In this document: piece by piece, positions 12,101 to 25,200 of the stretch | How positions within the stretch are numbered: position 1 is the stretch's first letter | How the letters are laid out: each line of letters opens with the position of its first letter | Source: Felis catus | Lineage: Eukaryota | Assembly (NCBI RefSeq): GCF_018350175.1 | Contig: NC_058369.1 | Location: 15,564,001-15,628,000, forward strand | Direction: 5' to 3' | DNA length: 64,000 nucleotides | Position numbers and translations under genes: made by a program | Notes under the pieces: generated by a model | The model's input: the letters and a program-made list of their open reading frames with translations, nothing else | The model's database searches: none | What the model was told of the DNA's origin: nothing

Positions 12101-15100
12101 TTGTTCCCAGTAACATAGATTTATAAATTTCTTTTAACGCATTTGACTTCTGAGTTCTGTAGAATATAAAAAACAAAACAAAACCAGACATACAGACCAT
12201 TAAGGCTGCCTTTTATATTTGTCTTTGTCTTTACCTTTGTGGGAAATCTAAATACCTTCCCGTGGCTTCCGGCCGCTCTGTACGTTTTTTTTTTTCATTT
12301 CAACCTGTAGGGGACGCCTTTAGCATTTCTTGAAAGACGTTTTGCCACATAGAGAATTTTTGGTCTCCGGGTCTCTTCTTCCAGTACTTTATAAAAGTTT
12401 ATTTATCTATTTTGAGAGCGAGTACGTGAGCACAAGTGGTGGGGGAGGGGCAGAGAGAAAGGGAGAGAGAGAATCCCAAGCAGGCTCCACTCTGTCAGCG
12501 TGCTGTCAGTGTGGAGTCCTAGGAGGAGCTCAGACTCCCGGACCATGAGCTCGAGACCTGAGCGGAGATCAAGAGTCGGACACTTAACCAACTGAGCCAC
12601 TGGGAGCCCGTCTTTCAGTACATTAAACATATCAATCCCCCTGCCTTGTGGTCCCCAGGGTTTCTGAAGAGAGACTGACCTGTAATCGTATTGAGAATCC
12701 CATGTCTGGGATGCGTCTCTTCCCTCTTGTTGCTTTCCAGGTCTCGCTCTGTGTTTCAGTAGTTTGATTATAACGTGCTTAGCGTGGGTTTCTTTGGGCT
12801 TAGCATACTTGGAATTGGGTGATCTTCTTGGATTTGAAGATTTATGTCTTTCATCAAATTTGGGAGATGTGGGGCCATTTTTTCTCTTTAAAAAAGATCT
12901 TTACTCCTTTCTCTCTGTCTTTTCCTTCTGGGACCCCCATAATGGGTGTGTTATCCCTGGCGGTCCCCAGACATCTCCTGGGCACTGTTCACTTTTCCCC
13001 ATTCATTTCTCTGTCTGCAGCTCAGACTCGGTTATTCCAGCCACGTCTCGTCTTCCACTGTGCGATTTGATTTTCCTCCCGTGCAAATGTGCTCTTGAAC
13101 TCCTCTCGTGAATGTTTGGTCTCCGTTTTGTACTTTTCAGCCTCTAGACTTACTGTTTAGCTCCTTCAAAATTTTTGTACTTCACTGGTTATCTTATTTT
13201 ATTCATACACTGTTTTCCTGGTTTCCTTTCATTCCCTGTTTTCCTTGAATTCTGAGCATATTTAAGACACTTGTTTTAACCTTTTTTCTGATAAGTCTTC
13301 TGCAGGCGTGATTTCTGTCATTTTACCCTTTTCCACTGACTAAGCCTTGTTTTTCTTTTTTTGTGTGTGCCTGGATATTTTTGTTGTTGGAAGTTGGGCC
13401 CCGGGTGGGTTGTCATGTGGTAACTCTGGAAGTCAGGTTCTCCTCTCCCAGGGTTTTACGGTGTTTTTGTTTTCGTTTTCCTTTCAGTTGTTGAAGGCTG
13501 TAGCAATCCATTTGTTTTGAGACCTGTCCAAACCATTTTTGAAAAGACTATCCCCTTGTTGTGTGCGCTCACTGAAGCCTCTGTTCTTTTAGCTCGTGTT
13601 CAGCTAGTGTTTTGACAGAGATTGCTTTGAATGCCGGGAACTGAAACAAAGAATAAAACAAAAAAGAGAGAACAGCCCGTCTCCCGGACTGTGCAGACTG
13701 GTTCTGTGCTGGAACAGTTTTCCGCTGGCTGCCCAGGCTTGCTCGAGCGCAGGGGGGTCGGTCTGAGGGGAGGGCCGTCCCTAGGTCTTCTCGGGCCTTT
13801 GTGAGTGTGCATCTCACCTGGGTGTACACGTGGCTCTCTAAAATCCTCCCCCTACCTGGCTGCTTTGGAAGGTCCTAATTTCTCAAAAAGCGTCACCCCA
13901 GCTTCTTTCTCAGGCTGTAGACGGTCTCTTATGTTTCCCAAAACTCCCTGCTCGAGGCATCTGATGGCCCGTGGCGCTCTTGTAGCCTCCGCCTCCCTCC
14001 TGCTTGTGTTCCTGGTTACGTGAGACAGAGACAAACAGGCCAGTCCTTCAGGTGAGAACAAAACGCACAGGGCGATTTGCAAACAAAGGCTGGTCCTCTC
14101 TCCAGTTGGAGGAGGGGAGCTGAGAACCTGGTTGCCGTTTTTTTGAAGTTTATTTATTTTTATTTATCTTGAAAGAGGCAGAGACAGTGCAGCAGGGGAG
14201 GGGCAGAGACAGGGAGAGAGAGAATCCCAAGCAGGCTTCACACCGTCAGTGCAGAGCCCGACGCAGGACTCGAACTCATGAACTGCGAGATCATGAGCAG
14301 AGTGGAAACCAAGAGCTGGACGCTTAGCTGACTGAGCTGCCGAGGTGTCCCCTGGTTGCTATTTCTTAACACTTAAGACCGAGACCCTCACTGCCCCAGG
14401 GATGGGGTGGGGTGAGGGCAAGGAGAAATGGCACAAAACCGTCCCACAGTTTTGAAGAGAGCTTCTTTCTGATTGGGCATTTGCTCAGTTGCCTCCTAAA
14501 CGTTTGGTTTTCCAGAGCTCCTACAAAGTTGGCTCAGACGGCTTCTGTTGTGTCAGCGTTTCTGTGAGAGTACGGAAGCTTGGAGCTTCCCGGTCCTCCA
14601 TTTTGCCGATCTCACTCTCCCCTTTTAAAGGAACTTAAAAGAACGCTGTGGTGTTTTTGTTTTTTTACAGGTTAACCAGAAGGGCTCAGAGAAACCGCTG
14701 GAACAGGCATTTGCAACAATGGTGTCTTCCTTGGCGAGCGGAATGATCAGGTACCTCCCTAGAAATCTGTGCAGGTCTTTTCAGATCAGATGTGCACGTA
14801 CATGGCCTGCAGCGCCCCCCCCCCCCCCCAGTGGATGCCTGAACCCGCACACGGCACCGAAGCCCGTGGGTACTTTCATATGCATACCTGTGATAAAGTT
14901 GGATACGTAACATAGCACGGTAGGAGATTAACTAAGAGCAGAAGATGCCAGTAACTAGTAATAGATCGTTAAAACAATATGCTGTCATAAAAGCTGCGTG
15001 AACGTGGCCTCTCTCAGAACATCTGGCTGTGCTGTGGTCGTGCTCCTTGTGACGCCGTGAGATGCCAGGTGCCCACGTGATGAAGGGCGCTGAAGGTTGT

Positions 15101-17101
15101 GCCGACCTGACCAAGTGTCAGAAGGAGGGCCATCGGCTTTCGGGCCGAAGTTGGTTGCAGGGGACTAAACGCGTGGAAAGTGAAACCGTGGATGAGGGGA
15201 GACTGCTGTATCCACGAGTTCGTAGCTCTCACTGGACACACGGGTGTCCCCCGCCCCCCAGAAGTTTCTTTACACCATCTCGCTTTTACAAGAGCCCTGT
15301 TAGTACCTGTGCTCGCCAACAGAAAGAAATCCCAAGATGAGTTTTCCCTTTTACAAGGAAGTCACGACCGTACTGATGAAAGTCTTCCGTAAAACAGCAT
15401 GGCCTGGGGCATAAGGCGAACTTCTGGAAAGCAGGGGCTGCCCTTTGCTACTTTAGGCTCCTTCATAGGAAGCCTTCTTCTGGATGGCAGGGGAAACCTG
15501 TATTCCATATTTCTGCCTTTTTTTTTTTTCCGATGCTGGATCAAAGCATGATTACGTTGGCTTGAAATTTTCTCTGGCATAATTGATATTGCAGAGTAAC
15601 TTCTTAACGGTCAGATTTTAAAGTACTTCTGTGCAAGTTTAGTCCCTGATCACAATCCCCTCCTTGAGGCTTTGTGTTGCCTGGCCACGAGGTCGCGAAT
15701 TTCAGTTCCTCGTGATTGCTTGGTGTGGTGTCTGTGGTCCTGAGCGCCACCCGAGTTGAAGAAACGTCCACTTGCATGGTGGCCTCGTCCGGAGCAGTGG
15801 CTTTGCCTCTGCAGGTCACCAGGCAGCGTTTGCAGACTCTGTGCAGCCTTGTGCAAAGAGGGGGGTCCTGAAACATCAGCAGTTGCCCTGTGGGAAGGTG
15901 CAAGGTGGTGAGCCCATTTGGAGCTTTTCTGCAGCAAGAAACTGGGCTGGAGGGGGGCGTGTACTGTGGTAGCAGATGGTCACAGGCATGGGGTTGGGGG
16001 GGAGACTTTCCAAAGAAATGGAATTGGGTTATTTGGGGAGAAATGTCTTTAGCCTAAGAGAAATATTTTCCTAATTTTCATCAATGTTTGTTTATTTTTT
16101 TTGAGGGAGAGAGCATGTGTGCACGAGTGGGGAAGGGGGTGGGGGGGCGGCGGTGAGACACAGAATCCGAAGCAGCTCCAGGCTCCGAGGGCCGGATGTG
16201 GGGCTCAAACTCACAAACTGCGAGATCATGACCTGAGCCAAAGTTGGATGCTTAACCGATTGAGCCACCCAGGCGCCCCTAACCTATGAGCAGTTTTAAA
16301 CATGCACAAAAATAGAATGATACAGTGAACCTTTGGGGAAGATTTTCAGTGTATTTTGTCCAGCTCAAAAGCTCTGGCAAATTCATCAGACCTCCCTCCC
16401 CCCACCACACACACACTCCACGTACACTTCTGCCTTCTCACAGTAGAACTTTCTTACACCCCCTTCAAAGGACTCCGAGGAGGGTTCCTAAGCAGGGTGT
16501 GCCTCAGAGCCCTCAGAGGAACTTACTCAAACATACCTTAGACCTGGACAATTATAGTCTCTGGGTTTGGAGTCCAACATGCATATTCTGGGAAAAGTTT
16601 GACTTCTGGCCCCTGGGCATACCCCTTGTTCGGGCCCTCTGCCCCAGAGGGCTTCCACAGGCCTGCTTGCCTCCGTGAGTTCGTAGCAGCGGCTAACTTG
16701 GAGAACTTGAGGCATAAGTCAGAGTCTTAGGTTATGCCCTTGGTGTTCTGGGGAACTTGGAGGGCACCTACTGCCCGCACCTGAAGAGGGAACACCCAGA
16801 GCTATTGTCTTTTCCCTCCCGTGAGCTCTAAACACCACCAGACAGAGGAACATGTTAAAAAGTATATAATTTAGGAAACATATAATTTTATAATATTTAT
16901 GTATACACACAGACGCACACACATACATATATATATGTACACATACGTGCGTATATACACATATACACACATACATATGTATATTATAGATTCGTGGGTT
17001 CGAGTCCCACATTGGGTTCTGTGCTGACAGCTCAGAGCCTGGAGCCTGCTTCGGATTCTGTGTCTCCCTCTCTCTCTACCCCTTGCCTGCTCACATTCTC
17101 C

Positions 17102-17132
<31 letters not shown>

Positions 17133-19173
17133 TCTCTCTCTCAAAAATAAACATTAAAGATTAAAAACTATATATGTATAGTTTTTATTTAGTAGGTAAG
17201 TATTCTGGCAGGGAGAGAAGAGCAGTCTGTTTGTTACAAAGTGAAATTAAATGGCGGACTTTCTGTCCCCTCTCACTTGTCTGTTGGACTTACTCACTTT
17301 TGAGTTGTTTAATGATTGTTGCTTCGAGTAAATTAAGTAAATTAAGTTGGTGGGCTTGTGAGTGGCCCAAGGAGAAAGGTCATACAGTTGCCCTGCTGAG
17401 GAATGGTGGGCCTCGTTAGCAGTGGGAAGTTTCTCTTTCGGGAACTGGGTGGGAAAAAATGAGCCGTGCGAGGTGATGTGTCTCTAAGGGTTTCTTCCTA
17501 GAACTTTGAAAGAGGTAGAACCGCTGGACTGTCGGGGTCAGAAGCAAAACGATGTATTTATTTATTTATTTATTTTTATTTTTTATTGTATTTATTTATT
17601 TATTTTTTAATTTTTTTAATGTTTATTTATTTTTGAGACAGAGACAGAGCATGAACAGGGGAGGGTCAGAGAGAGAAGGAGGCACAGAATCTGAAACAGG
17701 CTCCAGGCTCTGAGCTGTCAGCACAGAGCCCGACGCGGGGCTTGAATTCACGGAGTGTGAGATCATGACCTGAGCCGAAGTCGGCCGCTTAACCGACTGA
17801 GCCACCCAGGCGCCCCCTATTTTTTTTTTTTATTTAAAAAAAAAAATTTTTTTTTTAACATTTATTTATTTTTGAGACAGAGAGAGACAGAGAATGAACA
17901 GGGGCGGGGCAGAGAGAGAGGGAGACACAGAATCGGAAACAGGCTCCAGGCTCTGAGCTGTCAGCACAGAGCCCGACGCGGGGCTCGAACTCATGGACCG
18001 TGAGATCATGACCTGAGCTGAAGTCGGACGCTTAACCAACCAAGCCACCCAGGCGCCCCAAAATGATGTATTTAAAACCGTTCACTGTCCAACTACAACT
18101 GTGCGGCTCATTCTTAGAAGATATAAATGTGATTTTAGAAGGATAGAAGCTTAAGAATCCAAATGCATTGAGGTGCTGGCGAGCTGCTTCAGTCCTGGAA
18201 GCCGGTCCAGGGCCGTCGCTTGTGGGAGCAAGCACTGGGTGGGAGCACTCCAAAGGTGACTGTCACACTGCCGCTCTTGTGAGAGCTGCCTTCGGAAACA
18301 CTCACCACCCCCCCCCCCCAGTCTTCTCAGAGTGTGGCCTCTTGGCTTGCTAGCCCCTGTTACTGTACTGATTCCTAAGGATGCCGTTCTCCGCTCGGTG
18401 GGAGAACCACTGAAGCAGTAAGAAACCACACCGCCCCGGGGTGGGAGCCTCCCTGGATGTGTGGACAAGCCCACGCTCCGCCGACGCTCCTTTGGTCTGT
18501 TGGGACTTAGCGGGGGTCACATGAGAGCAGATATGCCTCGTCTGAATTTCACTCTCTGGACCAGAACATCATGCCCTTCCAGGCCTCTTGCTTTATGGCT
18601 TGACTTGATTCCTGGCTCCCTTGACTTTCAGGAACTAGTCCGTGATTTTTTGCCCCCTCTCAGTTGGCAACATTTTCCAGCTCGTGGTAGGACACCTCCA
18701 CCGTCAGAGTGTTCTGACTTTAAGAATTGTGCCTATTAAATATCAGAGAACCGAAAACGACCCGTGACGCATTGACAGAAGGTTCTCTCTGCCACATCTG
18801 TGCGAGATGTATAGATACTGATAAAGGATGTGAATGGTTTGATTTGTTAAAGCGATGAACAGAAACTAACCAGCCTGGGGACCATGCTGCCTGTGTTCCT
18901 CTCACAACCCCTAGGGCAAGTCCGACACTCCGTCTGATCCTCCTTGGACGGAATTGAGCTGGACCATTTTGAACATTTTAATCTGTTTGAAAAATGATAA
19001 AAAAAAGGACCCTATTCTTTGTCAATCGGGGTAGAGAATAAATAAACACTGGGTACTCCATACTCATTTGGACAAGGCTCCCTTATATACCCGATGCTGT
19101 GCCTGAGCTCACTTCTGCATTTGCACGACTTCTATACTCCTGTCGGAGGGCCCCTAGAAGAACATGTGAAGAT

Positions 19174-19254
<81 letters not shown>

Positions 19255-22200
19255 AGGAGCACTCTGCTCGGACAGAGAGAGGAAAGTCAGCTTATGAGCA
19301 TAGTAACGGCAGAAGGAAAAATGACTCCTCTTTGCTCATTACCTGCGGATCTTTTCTTTCGGCAGATACGTTGCCTTCGACTTCCATAAAGAATGTAAAA
19401 ATATGAGATGGGACCGACTGAGTATTCTGATGGACCAGGTAGCAGAAATGCAGGATGAGCTAAGGTAAGCTGTATCTTTTCCTGTGGAGGTCGAGGGAGG
19501 AGGTCCGCGTGTAGATGGAGCACAGTTATCACACATTGTCTAGTGGGCCTACGAACACAGCGTGCCGGGTTGACCGCGCTGGTTTGGACTCTTAGTTTTT
19601 AGTCCCTTTTTTATTGGAAAGATGAGACTTAGTGGCTTAAAAATATTTTTAGGTTCTTAAAAACAACCCAAGGCCAGGTATTTTCACATTTTTATGAATC
19701 CGCTTCCACATTTACAAAGTTTCCCTAATTGGAGCTAGCGTACTACTATTTTATATTCCGTTGTTTTGACTAAACATTCCATCACGGATACTTTGATATT
19801 TCGTCGTTACCCTACCTGGTCTTCGTAATGATGGTGTTTAACGGCTTTTCTGTACTCCCCCGTGTCACCCTACAGGCTCAGCTAAGTGTTCCTTTTCATC
19901 CTAGGCATCCTGGCTTGTTTCCTTGTCTCTTCCCCCCACAAAACATGTGCTGCAGCGAATCACCCTGGGCGTGTCTATTCTCACTTCTGTTCGGTGATTC
20001 CCTAAAATAAAGTCTTGAGAGCAGGGCTAATAGTTCAAAGGGTCCGAATAACTTCATGGTACTTTCCGAACGTGTTTGGCAAGTTGTTTGACGCGTTGGC
20101 CTACGGGTTTACTGTCCTCTAAGCATGGGTCAATCTTTACTGATTCTAAAGACAGAAGAAGGGATCTCTAAGTCGCTCTGTCATTTTTTTCCACCTGGGC
20201 ATATTTCTGACCCCGGCAACCCCCGTGCGTTTTTTCGTGTCAGTTCCACAGTAACACAGTAAAACCTGTCGTGTAGGCATTTCTCAGTTTTTAAAAATGT
20301 TTCTTATGCGTATTAAGTAGTCGGCGACGATTAGTTAAATCTGCTCTTTTTCTATGCGGTTTTGTCATGAGCAGCTAGTGAAGGGCAGTTGACGTGCACC
20401 ATTATTGGGCTGCAGTGACACTGACCGGACCTGGGACGCTATCGGAGGAGGTGGCTCCTGGGGGAGTAATTACAACGAGATTACTTCGTGGTGTTCATCG
20501 TTTGCTCGGTCCCACACGCTCCGTTCAGCGCTGCGTGTGTTACGCGTTCCCGTGGGGACCGGGAGCGGCTAGACGGGGTGCCGTCCCCTCCACCCTGTGG
20601 GTGAGAACTTTGGTTCTGAGAGATCAGGGCAATGACTTGAAGTTACCCAGCCAGTGAGTGGCCTAAGCGGAGCTGGCTGCTCACTGCCAGAGTCCACGCT
20701 CTTCCCCGCTACGCTGCACGTTGTCCAGAGTTTGAGTTCAGAGCATTATCTGAGGAAATTGTTAAAAATGAATGAGACCCAGGAACTGAGAACCGTGATT
20801 GGCTCCGGGGTGGACATGTGGGTGGTGAAGGGGAGAAAGGGAACCTCATTTTTCAGGTAACACCGTATTGAACTTTATAAACTCCGTGCTTTTGCATATT
20901 TAACCCAGGATTCTTAACGCACAGTTTCCAGCCTTTGCTTGAGAGATGCTGACTAGAGTTCATCTCGAGGCCAAGTGCGTTCGGTTTTAAAAAAAAAAAA
21001 GCTCAGGGAATTCCGATACAGACGGTGTAGGGACCGTGCTTCGAGAAGTCTGATCTACAGGACGTAGATGAACAGCTGTGTCGGAGGGGGCCTGCTCTGG
21101 TCTCGGGGACGCCCCTCGGCCCTGCCGGTTCGTGTCTCGGGGGTGCCGCGGTGCGTGTTTGGACAGGGGCTGTCTCGCCTCGGCTTTTCAGACGTGTTTT
21201 TGTTTTTTTTTTTTTTTTGCTCTGTACTAATCAAATACCCCCCGGGCCACACGTTGCCCTTCCGAACTTCTCATTTGCCGGTTGTCCACCATGTTGCAGA
21301 CCATCGGCAGCAGGGCGCTCGTGCGTCGGACTGCCTTTGCTATGAGGGTGTTTATACAAATATGTTGTAGTTATTTTCTAGTGGACTCCGCCGGCATGGT
21401 GGTGGCAAGCCAGGAGGGCGTGTTCCGCAGCAACTGCATGGACTGTCTGGACAGGACCAACGTGATCCAGAGCCTGCTGGCCCGCCGCTCGCTCCAGGCC
21501 CAGCTCCAGGTGCAAACGCTTTTTTCCTTCCGTCAAGTCAACAGTGCAGCCCCGAAGTAGCGAAGCTACATTGACGAAATCGTTACCAGCCAAAACAAAC
21601 AACAGAAAACATTTCACCTTGCTCCCCACCCTAAACCACCTGTTTTCGGTTTTGTGTCTTTCCACCTGCGGTCGGTATGTGTGTACGTGGTGTCGTTTGT
21701 GCGTTCAGATTTTATTTTTAAGTCAGCTCTACACCCGACATGGGGCTCGAACCCACAACGCGGAGGTCAAGAGTCGCAGGCTCCACCTGCTGAGCCAGCC
21801 AGGCGCCCCGTACAGTTTCTGATATTTCCTTTTCCTCCAGCGTTATACACAGCCATCATTTTTAAGAGTTGCACTTACTAGGTTGTTGCATTTTCGGCTT
21901 ACAAGTAACACTGCAGAGAATATATCTTGGTGTGTTATTTTTATTTTTATTTTTATTTTTATTTATTTTTTTTAAATTTTTTTTTTTCAACTTTTATTTA
22001 TTTTTGGGACAGAGAGAGACAGAGCATGAACGGGGGAGGGGCAGAGAGAGAGGGAGACACAGAATCGGAAACAGGCTCCAGGCTCTGAGCCATCAGCCCA
22101 GAGCCGGACGCGGGGCTCGAACCCACGGACCGCGAGATCGTGACCTGGCTGAAGTCGGACGCTTAACCGACTGCGCCACCCAGGCGCCCCAATGGTGTGT

Positions 22201-25200
22201 TATTTTTAGCTGGAATGCTTCCCTTGGGGTTCATTCCTAGAAGTAGAATTTGCTGCGTCAAAGAGAACACGCTCTCTGAGAGGGTCATGGCACTTTACAC
22301 TGGTAAATTGCTCAGCATGGTTGGTGAATCGGGTTCATGGAACTCTTGCCGGCCTTACGTGTTCTTATTTAAAACTTTGTTTTCTGTTTTAATAGAGTGG
22401 TGCCTCAAGGTTAAGTTTTCGTTTGCATCTCTTTTATTACTGAAGCCCAGAGTTCAGATAACATTGGCATTTATTATGAGGGGGCAAACAGAATGCATGC
22501 CAAATGGCTTCCTGCCCCCGATGGTTAGCTTTGTTTATGACAGTCCAACTTCGTTTATGGTAATTTTACGATACCAGGAATTGTGGAAGCAAAACACCTC
22601 CTTTAAAACGAATTGTCCTTGACTCCTGGTAGGTAACACAGGCCAGAGGAGCGGTTTCCCTGTTGGAGCATGCTCTAGTTTGTGTTGTACCTTGTCCTCG
22701 TTCATCTGATGGATTTATTTCAGAGTGTATTTCTTGATGGAAACAATGGTAGCAAGGAAAGAAAAAGAAACAATAGTAACGGCGGTGGTTTCCAAGTCCG
22801 ATAAACAAAAATCTATTTAGTAGGTTCTATAATCGGTACTTAACTATTTCACACGCTAAATGCAGTACTAAACAACCTAAGCCACATTTCCAAGACTCTA
22901 CGCATCAGTTCGGCTCTGGTGGGGACTCCAGGCATACCTCCCCCCGACCCGCCCCCGCCCCCACCAGCTAAAGGTCATGGAGGGCAGGTGGAAAGGCCAT
23001 TCTGGGGTAGAAATGTGGGAGGTGTGGTCTCAGGTGAACGGTGAAGATGGGGGTTCTGAGAGGGCTGAGGTCCAAGACAAAGACCAGGGCAGGGGGTGCT
23101 GATCTGTGGTCAGTGACCCCTGAAGGGGGGTCCGCGGCAGGATTCGGGATGCCAGGGAATCCTCTGAGATCCTCTGAGTCTGTGGGGAGGAAAGGGAAGG
23201 CTGGAGGTGACGGGAACAGCAGGGAGGCTAGAGGGTGCAGGCGGTGGGAGGTGGGGGTTGGCAGGGAAGGACGAGGTGATGGCTGGGGTGCTGCCGCTGC
23301 CTTCCCTTTCCCTCCCCCTTTCCCTCTGCCCCTCTTCCTGCAAGGCCGGGGGAGTGCTGGGGCCCGGGGTGAGTGGGGGCCGCGGGACAAGGAGCCCTCA
23401 GAGGCTCCGTGGCCTGGCCAGGGGCACGGGTGGGGGGACGTGGGGAACTGGAGCGCCCCCTGTGTGCAAGGACAGCATCTCTGCCTGTAGCCGGGAGCCG
23501 CGTGCTACCAGCCGGGACTGTCTGCTCTTCCCGAGCTGTGTGTGCGAAACCCGTTACGCTTGAGCACGGTGTGCTTCTTATTCCAGAGACTGGGAGTGTT
23601 GCACGTGGGACAGAAGCTTGAAGAACAACACGATTTTGAGAAGATTTACAAAAACGGTAGGTAACTTCTTTAATAGGGGCCGGGTTACTCACGTTGTGAA
23701 AGAGATTCATAATTTGGATTTAGAGACTCTGGCTCTCACGTTCGTCATCGTCAGTTGACTTTTCCTTGTTCTCACAGCCTGGGCCGACAACGCAAATGCG
23801 TGTGCCAAGCAGTACGCGGGCACTGGCGCCTTGAAGACGGACTTCACCAGGCAAGCCGTGCTTTTCAGCTAGCACTTGAGACCCGCGGCTCTCGCGTCTG
23901 GTGCACACGTTAGGATCACCCGGCAGCTTTGGGACGGTGGCCAAAGCCCAGCGCCCGGGGCCTCGGTTCACAGCAGTCAAGTCGGGCTCGGTGGGGGGGT
24001 GAGGCCCAGGCGCCGGTGGCTTCCCGGCCTGCCAGTGGTTCTGCTGCGTGGAGAGCGAACGGCGGCCCCTCGGCCCTTCCCGAGCCCTGCGGAGCCCCTG
24101 GGTCAGTGGGGTCTGACTCGGCAGGGGCGGGGCGGGGCCTGAGGTTCTGTGCCTCAGGGAAGCGGCCGGGGATGCCGATGCCACGTTCAAGGGCCACGCT
24201 GCCAGTGAGAGGTTAAGACCTGGTGAGTTTGGTTTTCTGCCAGACGGATTCTCTGGGAACAAGTGAAGATTCCTAGACTCTGCTGTTCTAACCACCTCAC
24301 CTGGGCCTCTCATCTCATTTTTTTCCTTCTTTTTTTTTTTTCTTCTTTAATGTTTGTTTATGTTGAAAGAGAGCATGAGCGGGGGAGGGGCAGAGAGACA
24401 GGGAGACACAGAACCCCAAGCAGGCTCTGCGCTGTCAGCACGGAGCCCGACACGGGACTCCGTCTCCCGAACCCTGAGATCATGACCTGAGCTGAAGTCA
24501 GGAGTCGGACACTTGACGCATTGAGCCACCAGGGATGATTTGTTTTTCTTTAATGTTTTCATTTTTGAAGGAGAGAGAGACAGAGCATGAGAGGGGGAGG
24601 AGCAGAGAGAGAGGGAGACATAGAATTTTGAAGCAGGCTCCAGGCTCTGAGCTGTCAGCACAGAGCCCGACGCGGGGCTCGAACCCACAGACCGCAAGAT
24701 CATGACCTGAGCCGAGGTCGGACGCTTAACCGGCTGAACCACCCAGGCGCCCCGGGATGATTTTTAAAATGTCTGTAATTCACTTTACGCCCGTACCACA
24801 TACTTTCCAGCCATAAAACTGGGGAGGAACGTAATACACAAATCTGTAATTTGAGATTCACCTCTTTTGACCAGAACCGGGAAGAGAACGCAGCTGGGAC
24901 TGGTCATGGACGGCTGGAACTCGCTAATACGCTATTACAAGAACAACTTCTCCGATGGCTTCAGGCAGGTAAGTCTGTACTTGCTGCTCGTCTTTGCTCA
25001 TTCGGCCGCTGCGTCTTTGTACTGTCCCTGAGTAATGTAACTACATCCAAGTGGGGAGTTCTTAATCTCCTGTTTTCTGTTCTAGGATTCCATAGACTTA
25101 TTTCTTGGGAACTACTCAGTGGACGAATTAGAATCTCATAGTCCTTTAAGTGTTCCACGGGACTTGAAATTCCTGGCTGTAAGAAACCTTTCTGTTTTTC

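Noticed and set aside
9300..14620. Possible active LINE-1
   Set aside because: ORF remnants are fragmented by stops, frameshifts and nested SINEs.
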